64,000 nucleotides of DNA from a bacterium (GTDB lineage: Bacteria; Patescibacteriota; Microgenomatia; Levybacterales; UBA12049): positions 3,972-67,971 of the forward strand of contig JAJYWL010000007.1 in the NCBI GenBank assembly GCA_021791545.1, read 5' to 3'. The notes beneath the pieces are model-generated. The model saw only the letters and a program-made list of their open reading frames with translations. It was not told where the DNA came from and made no database searches. Position numbers and translations under genes: made by a program. Shown here piece after piece: positions 33,670-43,041 of the stretch (position 1 is the first letter of the stretch; every line of letters begins with the position of its first letter).

Positions 33670-34034
33670 TACTTATTAAGGATGCCGTTTATCTTGTCTA
33701 CTACGTCTTTGGGTTCAACTTGATATTTGAAGACATAATCAACGGCTCCTTGGTCTATTGCCTGTTTTACCAGTTCTTCCTGGCTGAAGTTGGAAAGCAT
33801 TACGATAGGAATATTTTTTGTTGCGTCCTCTGTCTTTAGACTTTTTAGGACCTCATTTCCTGATGTGTCAGGTAGTACCTGATCAAGTAGTACGAGATCG
33901 GGTTTTTCGTTTTTTGCCTTTTCAAGACCTCCTTCGCCTGTCCCGTCCGAAACTACGTCGAAACCTTCTTTTTTCAAGGCTGTGGAAAAGACCGTTACCA
34001 ATGATTCGTCGTCGTCAATAAGGAGTATTTTCAT
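33669..34034 (-). CDS. Stand-alone CheY-like response-regulator receiver domain.
   Basis: MKILLIDDDESL...DLVLLDQVLPDTSG...IVMLSNF. Has the Asp and Lys positions. Confidence 0.85.
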   Translation of the reverse strand: MKILLIDDDESLVTVFSTALKKEGFDVVSDGTGEGGLEKAKNEKPDLVLLDQVLPDTSGNEVLKSLKTEDATKNIPIVMLSNFSQEELVKQAIDQGAVDYVFKYQVEPKDVVDKINGILNK

Positions 34035-34079
34035 ACCTAATATTTAAGCTACCAGTTATAGTATTAAAAAGCAAGAGTT

Positions 34080-34460
34080 TTATTTTGCTCTTTGAGGCGC
34101 GGTTCTGGGGTGTCTGACTCTAAACCTGTCAGGGTATCTAAGTCCTTGTATTATTCCGCCTATAGCAACTCCTTTAATGATTGTTAGATACTGGATTCCT
34201 TCAAAATATACGATTGCAATGAGAGCGATTACCGAGAGAACCATCCAATGGTGAATCCAATATGTTTTTCTTCCTATATGTATTTTGAGGTTAGGGGATA
34301 GTTCTAAGACACCAATTTTAACCTTAGGCAGCTTGTCCTTCTTTTTGGAAGGGTGGGTAAGATAAAGAAATAGTACATACCCAAGCCAGGCGAAAAATAA
34401 AAATGTAAAAAGTCCGTTCAAATTTAAGCTTTCCATATATTTTTGCTTAAACATAGGCAT
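34080..34460 (-). CDS. Small membrane protein (hypothetical).
   Basis: Three hydrophobic helices. No recognisable motif. Confidence 0.35.
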   Translation of the reverse strand: MPMFKQKYMESLNLNGLFTFLFFAWLGYVLFLYLTHPSKKKDKLPKVKIGVLELSPNLKIHIGRKTYWIHHWMVLSVIALIAIVYFEGIQYLTIIKGVAIGGIIQGLRYPDRFRVRHPRTAPQRAK

Positions 34461-34532
34461 TCTATATTAAACACAAATTTAATGCAAGTCCACCAAATTT
34501 GTTCATCTGAATATGCTAAAATCAGAATTACA

Positions 34533-36155
34533 ATGGAAAATGCAAAAGAAAAAATTTACTCAATACTTGAGAATTTGCTTCAAAATCTTAATATTGAAGA
34601 CGTAAAGATTATCGTAGAAAGACCCCATGATTTGGTCAACGGAGATTATTCATCAAATATTGCCCTTTTAGCTTCGAAAAAATTAAATATTTCACCAATG
34701 GAATTGGCACAAGAGTTGGTAGACGGTTTTGGAAAAAGTGAAATATTCGAAAAAATAGAGATTGCTACACCTGGCTTTATCAATTTTTATCTTTCAAAAA
34801 AGTATCTGCAAAGTCAGACAGAGAAAATTGTACTTGAAGGTAAAGAATATGGAAAATCAAAAAAAGGAAAAGGAAAAAGGGCGAGTGTCGAGTTTGTTTC
34901 GGCAAACCCAACAGGACCGTTACATATAGGTAACGCAAGGGGAGGGCCTTTAGGAGATACGTTGGCAAATGTTTTGGAAAAGGCTGGATACGAAGTAACA
35001 AGAGAATATCTTCACAATAACGTCGGAGGTCAGGTAGAAAGACTTGGAGAGACGATATATTTTGAAATTCACCCCGACCAAAAACCCGAGGATTATGTTG
35101 CACATTATCCCGGAGAATACGTCAAAGACCTGGCAAATTTAGTTAAAGAGCAGCTCGAAGGATCTGAGCAATATGAAGAACTTTCACAAGAGCAATTTAT
35201 AGAAAAAGCAGGGGAAATAGCAGTCGAGATAATGCTTCAAGATATCCTAAGAGACTGTAAGGACATGGGAATTGTCTACGATAAGGTAGTTAAAGAATCA
35301 GATCTCAGAAGGCAAGTTCCACAGGTCTTAGAAAAAATACATAAGTACTTAAAAGAAAATGAAGGAGCTCTTTGGTTTGCTCCCAATGATGAATTCCTAA
35401 AAGATAGAGAAACAGTAGTCAAAAAATCAGACGGAGAATATACATATTTTGCTTCGGATATTGCATATCATAATGATAAGATGTCTCAAAATGATCTTGC
35501 AATTGATGTTTTGGGCTCAAATCACAGTGGACATGTTCCAAGGCTTCAGGCCGCAGTAAAAGCATTAGGATATGATCCTGATAACTTCAAAACCATTCTA
35601 TATCAATTCGTAAGGCTTAAAAGAGGAGATGAAGTAGTCAGAATGGGAAAAAGATTTGGAAATATCATTACTTCAAAGGAGGTATTGGATGAAGTAGGGA
35701 AAGATGCCTTCAGATTTTTTCTCCTTATGCCTAAAAACTCTACCCACATGGATTTTGATCTTGAACTTGCCAAAAAACAGGCAACCGAAAATCCAGTCTT
35801 TTATGTCCAATACGCTCATTCAAGAATATCAAGTATATTCAGTAAAGCTCAGAACTATAACTTTAGCAATGCAAAGTATGAACTGCTAACAACTAACGAA
35901 GAGGTTGATCTGATAAGGAAATTGATAGTTTTCCCGGAATTAATTGAAGAAATTTCTGACTCTTTTGCCGTGAATAGTTTAACTACGTATGCGATGGAGA
36001 TTGCAACCGCTTTTCATAAGTTTTATGAGGCAGAAAAAGTAATAACAGACGTTAAAGAAGAGTCGGAAGCTCGTCTTGCTCTTATCAAGGCAACACAGGC
36101 CGTTCTTAAAAATACTTTAGATCTTTTGGGAGTTTCTGCTCCCGAAAGAATGTAA
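34533..36155 (+). CDS. argS: Arginyl-tRNA synthetase.
   Basis: SANPTGPLHIGNARGGPLGDTLANVL (HIGH) and the anticodon-binding C-terminus. The ORF track starts at 34443, but the conserved N-terminus begins at MENAKEK. Confidence 0.95.
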   Translation: MENAKEKIYSILENLLQNLNIEDVKIIVERPHDLVNGDYSSNIALLASKKLNISPMELAQELVDGFGKSEIFEKIEIATPGFINFYLSKKYLQSQTEKIVLEGKEYGKSKKGKGKRASVEFVSANPTGPLHIGNARGGPLGDTLANVLEKAGYEVTREYLHNNVGGQVERLGETIYFEIHPDQKPEDYVAHYPGEYVKDLANLVKEQLEGSEQYEELSQEQFIEKAGEIAVEIMLQDILRDCKDMGIVYDKVVKESDLRRQVPQVLEKIHKYLKENEGALWFAPNDEFLKDRETVVKKSDGEYTYFASDIAYHNDKMSQNDLAIDVLGSNHSGHVPRLQAAVKALGYDPDNFKTILYQFVRLKRGDEVVRMGKRFGNIITSKEVLDEVGKDAFRFFLLMPKNSTHMDFDLELAKKQATENPVFYVQYAHSRISSIFSKAQNYNFSNAKYELLTTNEEVDLIRKLIVFPELIEEISDSFAVNSLTTYAMEIATAFHKFYEAEKVITDVKEESEARLALIKATQAVLKNTLDLLGVSAPERM

Positions 36156-36230
36156 TTTTCTCCATGAAATTGTCCCAGAGTGTTTTAGGCCTCTAGCAAT
36201 CAACTCTAAAACCTGCTATATTAATTTCCT

Positions 36231-37505
36231 ATGAACCACCAAGGAAAAGTACTTAAAAATGGCCTCAAGGTAATCACGATTCCTATGCCTTCCTTCGAAA
36301 GCGCAACGGTCTTGGTAATGGTTGGAGCAGGCTCCAGATATGAAACAAGACAAAATAACGGTATTTCACACTTTTTAGAGCATATGGCTTTTAAAGGTAC
36401 CGAGAAAAGACCTTCCGCTTTGGATATTGCCGAACTTATAGACGGAATAGGCGGGGAGTTCAATGCATTTACAGGAAAAGAAACAACCGGGTATTATGTT
36501 AAATCGGGAAATAAATATGTAGGACTTTGCCTCGATATCCTCTCAGACATGCTCCAGCATTCAAAACTTGAACAGGCCGAAATAGACAAAGAAAGAGGAG
36601 TAATAATAGAGGAAATTAATCTTTATGAAGATACTCCTGCAAGAAAGATAGGAGATATTTACGAAAGACTTCTTTACGGAGATACTCCGATGGGTTGGGA
36701 TATAGCAGGAGAAAAAGATGTAATTCAAAAGATAAACAGGGAAGATTTTGTCAGCTATATGGGAAGCCTATATAGTCCAAGCAATATGACAGTAGTTGTG
36801 GCAGGCGGAGTTGAAGCTCCTAAAGTTGAGGAAATGACTGAAAAATACTTCGGAGAAATGAAGTCTTTCGATACAGTAGGATATAAAGAAGTAGTAGATA
36901 AACAGGATAAGCCCGAAGTAATGGTAAGACAAAAACAGACAGAACAAGTCCATTTTTCAATTGGCTTTAGAACAGTAAGTTTATTTAATCCTAACAAATA
37001 TGCATTAGCGGTTTTAGCTTCAATCTTGGGTGGAGGAATGAGCTCAAGATTGTTCCATGAGATAAGAGAAAGAAGAGGATTAGCATATTATGTCAGAACA
37101 ACTTCGGATCAGTATGTAGACGCCGGAAACTTGGCAACCGTAGCAGGAGTAGATCCCAAGAGAGTAGACGATGCCATACAGGTTGTTGTAGAAGAGTATA
37201 AGAAGTTCTCCGAAGGAAAAGGAAACGTGACAGAAAAAGAACTCACAAAAGCAAAAGAATTCATAAAAGGCCATTTGGTTTTGGAACTTGAAGATTCAAG
37301 ATCGGTAGCAGGGTTTTATGCCCAGCAGGAAATCTTGGAAAAATCTATAGAAAATCCGGATGAACTTATGAAAAAGATTGATGAAGTTAAAGTAGAAGAT
37401 GTAGAAAGAGTAGCTAAGGAATTCTTTAAATTAAATACATTAAATCTCGCGTTAATAGGTAATTTTGACGATAGACAAAGATTTGAAAACTTGCTAAAAT
37501 TCTAA
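36231..37505 (+). CDS. M16 family zinc peptidase (pitrilysin/insulinase-like).
   Basis: Inverted zinc motif HFLEHMAFKGT. Confidence 0.85.
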   Translation: MNHQGKVLKNGLKVITIPMPSFESATVLVMVGAGSRYETRQNNGISHFLEHMAFKGTEKRPSALDIAELIDGIGGEFNAFTGKETTGYYVKSGNKYVGLCLDILSDMLQHSKLEQAEIDKERGVIIEEINLYEDTPARKIGDIYERLLYGDTPMGWDIAGEKDVIQKINREDFVSYMGSLYSPSNMTVVVAGGVEAPKVEEMTEKYFGEMKSFDTVGYKEVVDKQDKPEVMVRQKQTEQVHFSIGFRTVSLFNPNKYALAVLASILGGGMSSRLFHEIRERRGLAYYVRTTSDQYVDAGNLATVAGVDPKRVDDAIQVVVEEYKKFSEGKGNVTEKELTKAKEFIKGHLVLELEDSRSVAGFYAQQEILEKSIENPDELMKKIDEVKVEDVERVAKEFFKLNTLNLALIGNFDDRQRFENLLKF

Positions 37506-37512
37506 AAAGTAT

Positions 37513-38064
37513 ATGGAAAGAACCTTAGTAATATTAAAACCCGATGCCGTAAAAAAACATGTAATGGGTGAAATCCTCACAAGATTTGAAAAAGTCGGCC
37601 TCAAAGTTGTTGCAATGAAGTTTCTTATTGCTAAAAGAGATCTTATCGAAAGACATTATCCAGAAGATAGAGAAGAACTTTGGGTGGGTATAGGAAATAA
37701 AACCCTTGAAAACTACAGAGATTTGGAAATGGATCCGGTAGAATCTCTTGGAACAAGTGATGCCAGAGAGATAGGGAAAATGGTAAGAGTCTGGCTTATG
37801 GATTACATTATGGACGGACCTGTTCTAGCTATGGTCTTGGAATCACCTCATGCTGTAGAATTAGTAAGAAAAATGGTAGGACACACGCTTCCTTTGGTTT
37901 CCGCTCCCGGAACAATTAGAGGAGATTATGCATACGATTCATCCTACCTTGCAAATAGCAATAAAAGAGCAATAGAAAATCTTGTTCATGCATCAGGAAC
38001 AGTAGACGAGGCTAAATACGAAATTCCACTTTGGTTTAGCGAAGACGAGATCCACAATTGGTAA
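37513..38064 (+). CDS. ndk: Nucleoside diphosphate kinase with a ~35-aa insertion.
   Basis: ERTLVILKPDAV...RFEKVGLKVVAMKF. Catalytic His at NLVHASGT. Confidence 0.85.
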   Translation: MERTLVILKPDAVKKHVMGEILTRFEKVGLKVVAMKFLIAKRDLIERHYPEDREELWVGIGNKTLENYRDLEMDPVESLGTSDAREIGKMVRVWLMDYIMDGPVLAMVLESPHAVELVRKMVGHTLPLVSAPGTIRGDYAYDSSYLANSNKRAIENLVHASGTVDEAKYEIPLWFSEDEIHNW

Positions 38065-38089
38065 AATTTAAGCCTTAAAAGCAGCTTTA

Positions 38090-38671
38090 TTAAGAGAAAA
38101 TTATTTTTTCTACTTTATTTATTACGCTCGCTAAGTCTGTTGAATTGTCTACAAATCTAAGTGGAATTTTGTTGTCTTTTGAAATTCTTTTAGCAAAATT
38201 GATCGAAATATCTTGACTTTGTTTTATTCTCTCTAACAAACTGCAGTCTTTTCTTATGAGGTTTTTTAATCTTCTTGGAAGATTAGTACGATCTGACGTT
38301 AATCTTTCTAGGATTGAATTTGGACTGGATTTTAAATAAATTAATGATTTAAAATTTTTTATCCATTCTTTTTCAATAACTGATTTGACCCCATTTTTAG
38401 TAAAAAGAACAAAATGTCCGTCTAATATAGCTATTGTAGATTCTAATGAAGATAATTTAGAGAAGATTTCAATTCTCCCTTTTTCTTGTTGTTTGTCTGA
38501 AATTCTGCCTAAATCAAGCTGATCGTGGCAATTAAAGTGATTCATTAAAGCTTGAGAGCCGTAGATAGGGGTAATTCTTTCATCATTTATTGCTAATTCT
38601 CTAGTAACTGATGATTTACCTGATCCTGTTATGCCCCCTATAAAGAAGAGGGCAGGCTTAATTTGTTCCAT
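38090..38671 (-). CDS. P-loop NTPase, (d)NMP-kinase-like.
   Basis: Walker A FFIGGITGSGKSS. Small alpha/beta protein of 193 aa. Confidence 0.5.
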   Translation of the reverse strand: MEQIKPALFFIGGITGSGKSSVTRELAINDERITPIYGSQALMNHFNCHDQLDLGRISDKQQEKGRIEIFSKLSSLESTIAILDGHFVLFTKNGVKSVIEKEWIKNFKSLIYLKSSPNSILERLTSDRTNLPRRLKNLIRKDCSLLERIKQSQDISINFAKRISKDNKIPLRFVDNSTDLASVINKVEKIIFS

Positions 38672-39251
38672 TTATTTGTTTAATATATTTCTTAAAAACG
38701 CTATCGATGGTTTTAATATTGAATTTTTTGTTTCCATATTTTTTCATCCATGCCCAATAAGTTTTTAGTTCATCCTCATTTAAGCTTGTTATTCCGAGGG
38801 TTTTTGCTAGCTTATTTAATCTAGTAATTGAAGCTGTCTCTTTAAGAGTTTCTATTTCCCAACAGAAAATCTTATTGTCACATTCAGTAAATTTCACTTC
38901 TTCACCATTAATTTGAAATATCCAGTCTTGACAATTAGCAACTGCCGCTTCTTTGAAGCCAAGTGTATATACAAAAAAAATGCTTGGGATAAACTGCTCC
39001 GCAGTTATCTTTATTGAGTATTCTTCTCTCGTATTTCCTTCATGTTTCCCTTTTTTGAGTACTATTTCTCCATTCAAATTATGGAGTCTTACTTGTAAGT
39101 CAATTCCTTTTTCGTTACCTGAAGTGAAGAGAATGGAAAGCCTTTTTCTTTGTTGCCATTTAGGGGAAATAGCACTTAATTTAGCTAAAACCTCATACAT
39201 TTCTTTCCTGTTTTTAAATTTTCCTCTTATTTCTTTTTCAGTTTTTTTCAT
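38658..39251 (-). CDS. Hypothetical protein, possibly CYTH-like triphosphate tunnel enzyme.
   Basis: N-terminal EKEIRGKF resembles the CYTH ExExK motif. Weak. Confidence 0.3.
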   Translation of the reverse strand: MKKTEKEIRGKFKNRKEMYEVLAKLSAISPKWQQRKRLSILFTSGNEKGIDLQVRLHNLNGEIVLKKGKHEGNTREEYSIKITAEQFIPSIFFVYTLGFKEAAVANCQDWIFQINGEEVKFTECDNKIFCWEIETLKETASITRLNKLAKTLGITSLNEDELKTYWAWMKKYGNKKFNIKTIDSVFKKYIKQINGTN

Positions 39252-39873
39252 TTAAATACTTTTTAGATTCTTTTAAGAGCCTCTCTACGGTTTCAATGTC
39301 TTTCTCATATATATGAGCAGAGGAAACCATAAATTTCATTTGTCCTAATGGATATCCTGTTGCTTTTGCTATTTTTTTATGTAGATAGTGAATTGCGATA
39401 AAATTCGCATAACTTCTTGTCACATTTTGAGATCTAAAGAATCCTGTTAAATGAAGCCTTCCTTCTCTTACTTTAATATCTATTAAGCTTAGGCACGGTA
39501 TTCTTGGTCCAGGATCATTGGGCAAAAGAAGACTGATGGTAGCAGCTTTTGTTTCTGGTTTTGATTTTAATCTTTTGACAATCCAATCTATCTGATCTAT
39601 TCCTAATTGATCGTACAATCTTTTCCCGTAAGAAGAGTTTAGTTCGGGGACTATTTCCGTAGTTTCCATTTTTTTTCTATATAAGCTAACTAATTTTTTA
39701 TCTCCCAATTCTTTAAATATCTTATCATTTGGGTCGAATGTATTAAATACTAGGAAAACATCTGTTAATTCTTTTATCTTTTCTTCTTCATCATGAAATT
39801 TACTTCCGTAATCTAAGACGTTTTTACAATAATTTATCCAGTTTCTTCCACCAGAACCTCTTATTGTTAACAT
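39238..39873 (-). CDS. Thymidylate-synthase-fold protein (ThyA/dNMP hydroxymethylase-like, minimal, 211 aa).
   Basis: PCLSLIDIKVREGRLHLTGFFRSQNV aligns to ThyA PCH...lyQRSaD. ANFIAIHYLHKKIA...SSAHIY aligns to NIASYALL...gDaHIY. The canonical N-terminal region and the phosphate-binding Arg pair are not evident. Confidence 0.5.
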   Translation of the reverse strand: MLTIRGSGGRNWINYCKNVLDYGSKFHDEEEKIKELTDVFLVFNTFDPNDKIFKELGDKKLVSLYRKKMETTEIVPELNSSYGKRLYDQLGIDQIDWIVKRLKSKPETKAATISLLLPNDPGPRIPCLSLIDIKVREGRLHLTGFFRSQNVTRSYANFIAIHYLHKKIAKATGYPLGQMKFMVSSAHIYEKDIETVERLLKESKKYLNEKN

Positions 39874-39998
39874 ATAATGTGTATATCATACACATTATAT
39901 GTTGTCAAGTGGTACTTTTTCTATCTTAATTTTCAGATATAATATGCACACGAAGTACATATTGATTTTATATTTTCTTTCAGATATCATTTTGTTGT

Positions 39999-40589
39999 AT
40001 GAAGGTATTTTTTGCAGCTTCAACTTCTCAGTTTGATAAATATTTTCCTATTTATAAACAGATTTGTAGTACTATAAAATCAAGAGGACATACATTAACT
40101 AGAGATTGGATTGATGAAGCAAAAGAAGTTCTGGAAAAAGATTTAAGAGTTGATTATGAGGAAATGTATGAAGATATTATGGCTTCTATTTTATATGCTG
40201 ATGTTGGGATAGTGGAGGGTACAGTTAAGGGTTTAAGTACTGGTCATCAAATGACTATTGCTCTTCAGAAAGGAAAGCCTCTTCTTTTTTTGCACCAGGG
40301 AAGCGGAGAAGATAAATTCCCCTTTATTGTTCAAGGAGTCCATTCTGAGCTTTTTGTAGATAAGCAATATAAAGATCCAAGTGAAATTCCGGCACTCATA
40401 AAAGAATTTTTGGAATTGAATAAGAGAGGAAAAAAGGTAAGATTTAATTTAGTTTTAACAGCAAAAGAAGAGAAATATGTTGAATGGGCTTCTTTTGTTT
40501 ATAAAAAAACTAAGACAGATATAATCAGGGAATTAATTACTGCAAGAATGGAGACGGATTTAAATTATAAAAAAGCAAATAAGAAGTAA
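39999..40589 (+). CDS. Nucleoside 2-deoxyribosyltransferase/DNPH1 (Rcl)-like protein.
   Basis: VFFAAS (compare iYFCGS). ADVGIVEGTVKGLSTGHQMTIA aligns to DNPH1 ADVVVAEVTQPSLGVGYELGRA. The catalytic Glu position is Gln here. Confidence 0.45.
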   Translation: MKVFFAASTSQFDKYFPIYKQICSTIKSRGHTLTRDWIDEAKEVLEKDLRVDYEEMYEDIMASILYADVGIVEGTVKGLSTGHQMTIALQKGKPLLFLHQGSGEDKFPFIVQGVHSELFVDKQYKDPSEIPALIKEFLELNKRGKKVRFNLVLTAKEEKYVEWASFVYKKTKTDIIRELITARMETDLNYKKANKK

Positions 40590-40623
40590 TTTCTTCAGTC
40601 TTTGGGTTTTTGGGTATTATAAA

Positions 40624-41787
40624 TTATTCTTCAGGATCTTCGGAGTGAACTCTAGTATAGAGAATAGCTAGTCTTTTTATTGGTTCGCTTTTCATTGCTT
40701 CAGCGGTTTCTGTAATTCTGTTTGGGGATGGGATTGCCTTTAATACTTCGGTTACAGCTTCAATTTGTCCAATTGATGCTAAATACTCCAAGTGGGAGAC
40801 TAGTTCTTTATCAAGAAACATTGGAAGATATTCCTGAATAATGGGATCTTGAAGCCTTGCTTTGTAGTCTTTTTTTGGTTTTACATTTCTATTTTTGTCA
40901 TAATCATAATGTTCGTCAAATCTTAATGATTCTTCGTCTGTAAAATCAGGGCCAATTACTTCGTCAAAATACGGCCTCACAAGTTTAGCTATGTCTTGTT
41001 TTGAAACCCCCAAGGCTTGTCTATCTGTATTTATTCTACCCACAAAATCGGCATATCTATCTAATGCCTCATCTGATAGATAGCGTAAATCAAAATCAAA
41101 TTTTCTACCTTCACCATTGACTCTTTCTAATACTTTTAATCCGTCAGCAGTGCCTGTTGGATCCAAGTCTTTATAATTTTTCGTTAGAACATTATCAACA
41201 ACTCTAAAAGAGTGTCCTCCGTTGATTCCTACTCGCATGTCAGCAAGTTCTTCCCAAAATCTTCCATTGTTGAGTCTTCTTCTTAGTTGAGGGCTAATCC
41301 TGTCTGCAAACATTGATCCCGGTTTTTCAACAATTTGGCTATGTGCAATGCTAAATGGTCTTTGACTGCCTGGAGCAAAAACAGTACCTTCGGGGGCGCT
41401 AAATACCATTTCCATATATATTCCGAACAGATCCTGTAACTGTTCCTCTGTGAAATTCTCTTTTGCCCAAGTCCTTGATTTTTCTCTTTCTTGATCCCAC
41501 TCAGACTTTGGAAGGCCATTTGCAAAAGTAGGAATTCCTTCATAGCTTACTTGTCCGTCAATTCTATCCATAATTCCCCAGAATCTTCCGTCTTTGATGT
41601 CTCTAAAAAGCCATGCGACACTTAAATCATCTTTTGCTTCTGGGTGTTGCTCATAATAGGAATCCATGAACTGGTTGGCTTGAGGGAAAGCGGAATCTTT
41701 CTGAGGAAGACTTCTTAGGTGTTCCCATTGAAGGGAGTCATGTGTTGGTGGCCATACTCTTTGTGTTGTTCTTTCCGGTGTTGTCAT
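40624..41787 (-). CDS. Hypothetical protein (387 aa). W/R/D-rich, atypical for the window.
   Basis: ORF only. No recognisable motif. Confidence 0.4.
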   Translation of the reverse strand: MTTPERTTQRVWPPTHDSLQWEHLRSLPQKDSAFPQANQFMDSYYEQHPEAKDDLSVAWLFRDIKDGRFWGIMDRIDGQVSYEGIPTFANGLPKSEWDQEREKSRTWAKENFTEEQLQDLFGIYMEMVFSAPEGTVFAPGSQRPFSIAHSQIVEKPGSMFADRISPQLRRRLNNGRFWEELADMRVGINGGHSFRVVDNVLTKNYKDLDPTGTADGLKVLERVNGEGRKFDFDLRYLSDEALDRYADFVGRINTDRQALGVSKQDIAKLVRPYFDEVIGPDFTDEESLRFDEHYDYDKNRNVKPKKDYKARLQDPIIQEYLPMFLDKELVSHLEYLASIGQIEAVTEVLKAIPSPNRITETAEAMKSEPIKRLAILYTRVHSEDPEE

Positions 41788-41824
41788 ATTTATTTGGGGC
41801 AGTCAGAGGCAGTTAACTTATTAT

Positions 41825-42274
41825 CTATTTTTCTTTAACTTTGTCAATAAGTAAATCTTTTGAAAGGATAGCGGGAAGTAATAATAAAGCTGAAATTAGC
41901 TCCGAGAGAAGGCAATATTGGCAAAATGCATGTATTACAAAAATCTGAAGTAAAAGTAGCTGTAGGGAGACGATAAAGCCTACAAAGACAGTAAAGACTA
42001 ATGAACGCAAATACAACCTCTTGTAGTGGAATAGGCATAAGATGGAGAGAAATATTACTGCAAGGTAAAAAATAGACCCTAAAAGAGCAAGCGGAAATGG
42101 TCCTACGGTTGAATAAGTGCTTGTTAAGACAGTTTCACAGCCGGTCTTAAGCGTGCAGGGAGGTAAGACATTCCTGTAATGCATGATAGTAAGATAGGTA
42201 GAATCAAGGAATCCTAGAAACCCCAGAACTGCGGACAGCTGAAAAAGATTATTTCTTATTAAGTTCATTGTCAA
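41825..42274 (-). CDS. Vitamin K epoxide reductase (VKOR) family membrane protein.
   Basis: Loop Cys pair PPCTLKTGC. CxxC (FCQYCLL) at the start of the last TM. Overlaps the adjacent DsbA-like gene. Confidence 0.6.
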   Translation of the reverse strand: MTMNLIRNNLFQLSAVLGFLGFLDSTYLTIMHYRNVLPPCTLKTGCETVLTSTYSTVGPFPLALLGSIFYLAVIFLSILCLFHYKRLYLRSLVFTVFVGFIVSLQLLLLQIFVIHAFCQYCLLSELISALLLLPAILSKDLLIDKVKEK

Positions 42275-43010
42275 TCAACTGCTTGAAGGCATCGTAGCTC
42301 GTTGGATTACTTATTAATTTACCGTTTAGGATAAAGCTTGGTGTATATGTAATTCCTGCGTTATTTCCTTCGTCTTGTTCTGATCGTATAAAATTCTTTG
42401 TTTGATCCGAATTCATGTCTTCCTTGAACTTATTTACGTCTAAGTTCAATTTCTGGGCATATCCTACAAAAACACTCGTTGGATCGGAAAGATCTGCCCA
42501 ATCATTCTGGTTATTAAATAATAAATCTCCCATTTCCCAGAATTTTCCTTGTTTGTAGGCAGCGTATCCTGCTTGGGCTGAAATCATTGCATTTTGGTGG
42601 ATGTTGGTTAATGGGAAGAATCTGTAGACGAAGTATATTTTATTTCCGTAATCTGAAAGAAGCTGGTTAACAAGTGGATGAAAAGCTGCACAAGCAGGGC
42701 ATTGAAAGTCTGAATATTCTATTAGGGTTACTTTTGCGTTTTTATTTCCTCTTGTGACATCAGTTGAGGAAATAGGCTTTACGTTAATTGATGTTTGAGT
42801 CGGGGTGGTAGGGCTTGAAGAGCTTGTTGCAAAGAGGATGAGACCGCCTACGGATGCAATTATTATTGCAATAGCTCCTATCCATATGCCAATCTTTTTT
42901 AATCTTTGATTTTTTTGTTCCTGGGCTAACTTATCCTGCCATTCTTGTTTTCGAAGTACCTTTTTCTCTTTTTTGGTGAGTTTTTGTGTCTCTGCCATGC
43001 CAAATATCAT
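42249..43010 (-). CDS. DsbA-like thioredoxin-fold thiol-disulfide oxidoreductase with an N-terminal TM anchor.
   Basis: DFQCPACAAFHP active site. Thioredoxin fold. Confidence 0.75.
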   Translation of the reverse strand: MIFGMAETQKLTKKEKKVLRKQEWQDKLAQEQKNQRLKKIGIWIGAIAIIIASVGGLILFATSSSSPTTPTQTSINVKPISSTDVTRGNKNAKVTLIEYSDFQCPACAAFHPLVNQLLSDYGNKIYFVYRFFPLTNIHQNAMISAQAGYAAYKQGKFWEMGDLLFNNQNDWADLSDPTSVFVGYAQKLNLDVNKFKEDMNSDQTKNFIRSEQDEGNNAGITYTPSFILNGKLISNPTSYDAFKQLIDNELNKK

Positions 43011-43041
43011 CGCACAAGTTAATCTTTAATGCAAGAATGTA

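Noticed and set aside
34443-34532. N-terminal 30-aa extension of argS in the ORF track.
   Set aside because: It overlaps the upstream gene end and is not conserved-looking. The canonical ArgS N-terminus begins at 34533.
40624-41787. Possible horizontally acquired gene (W/R/D-rich protein).
   Set aside because: The nucleotide composition is as AT-rich as its neighbours and there are no flanking repeats or integrase. It is kept as a plain hypothetical CDS.
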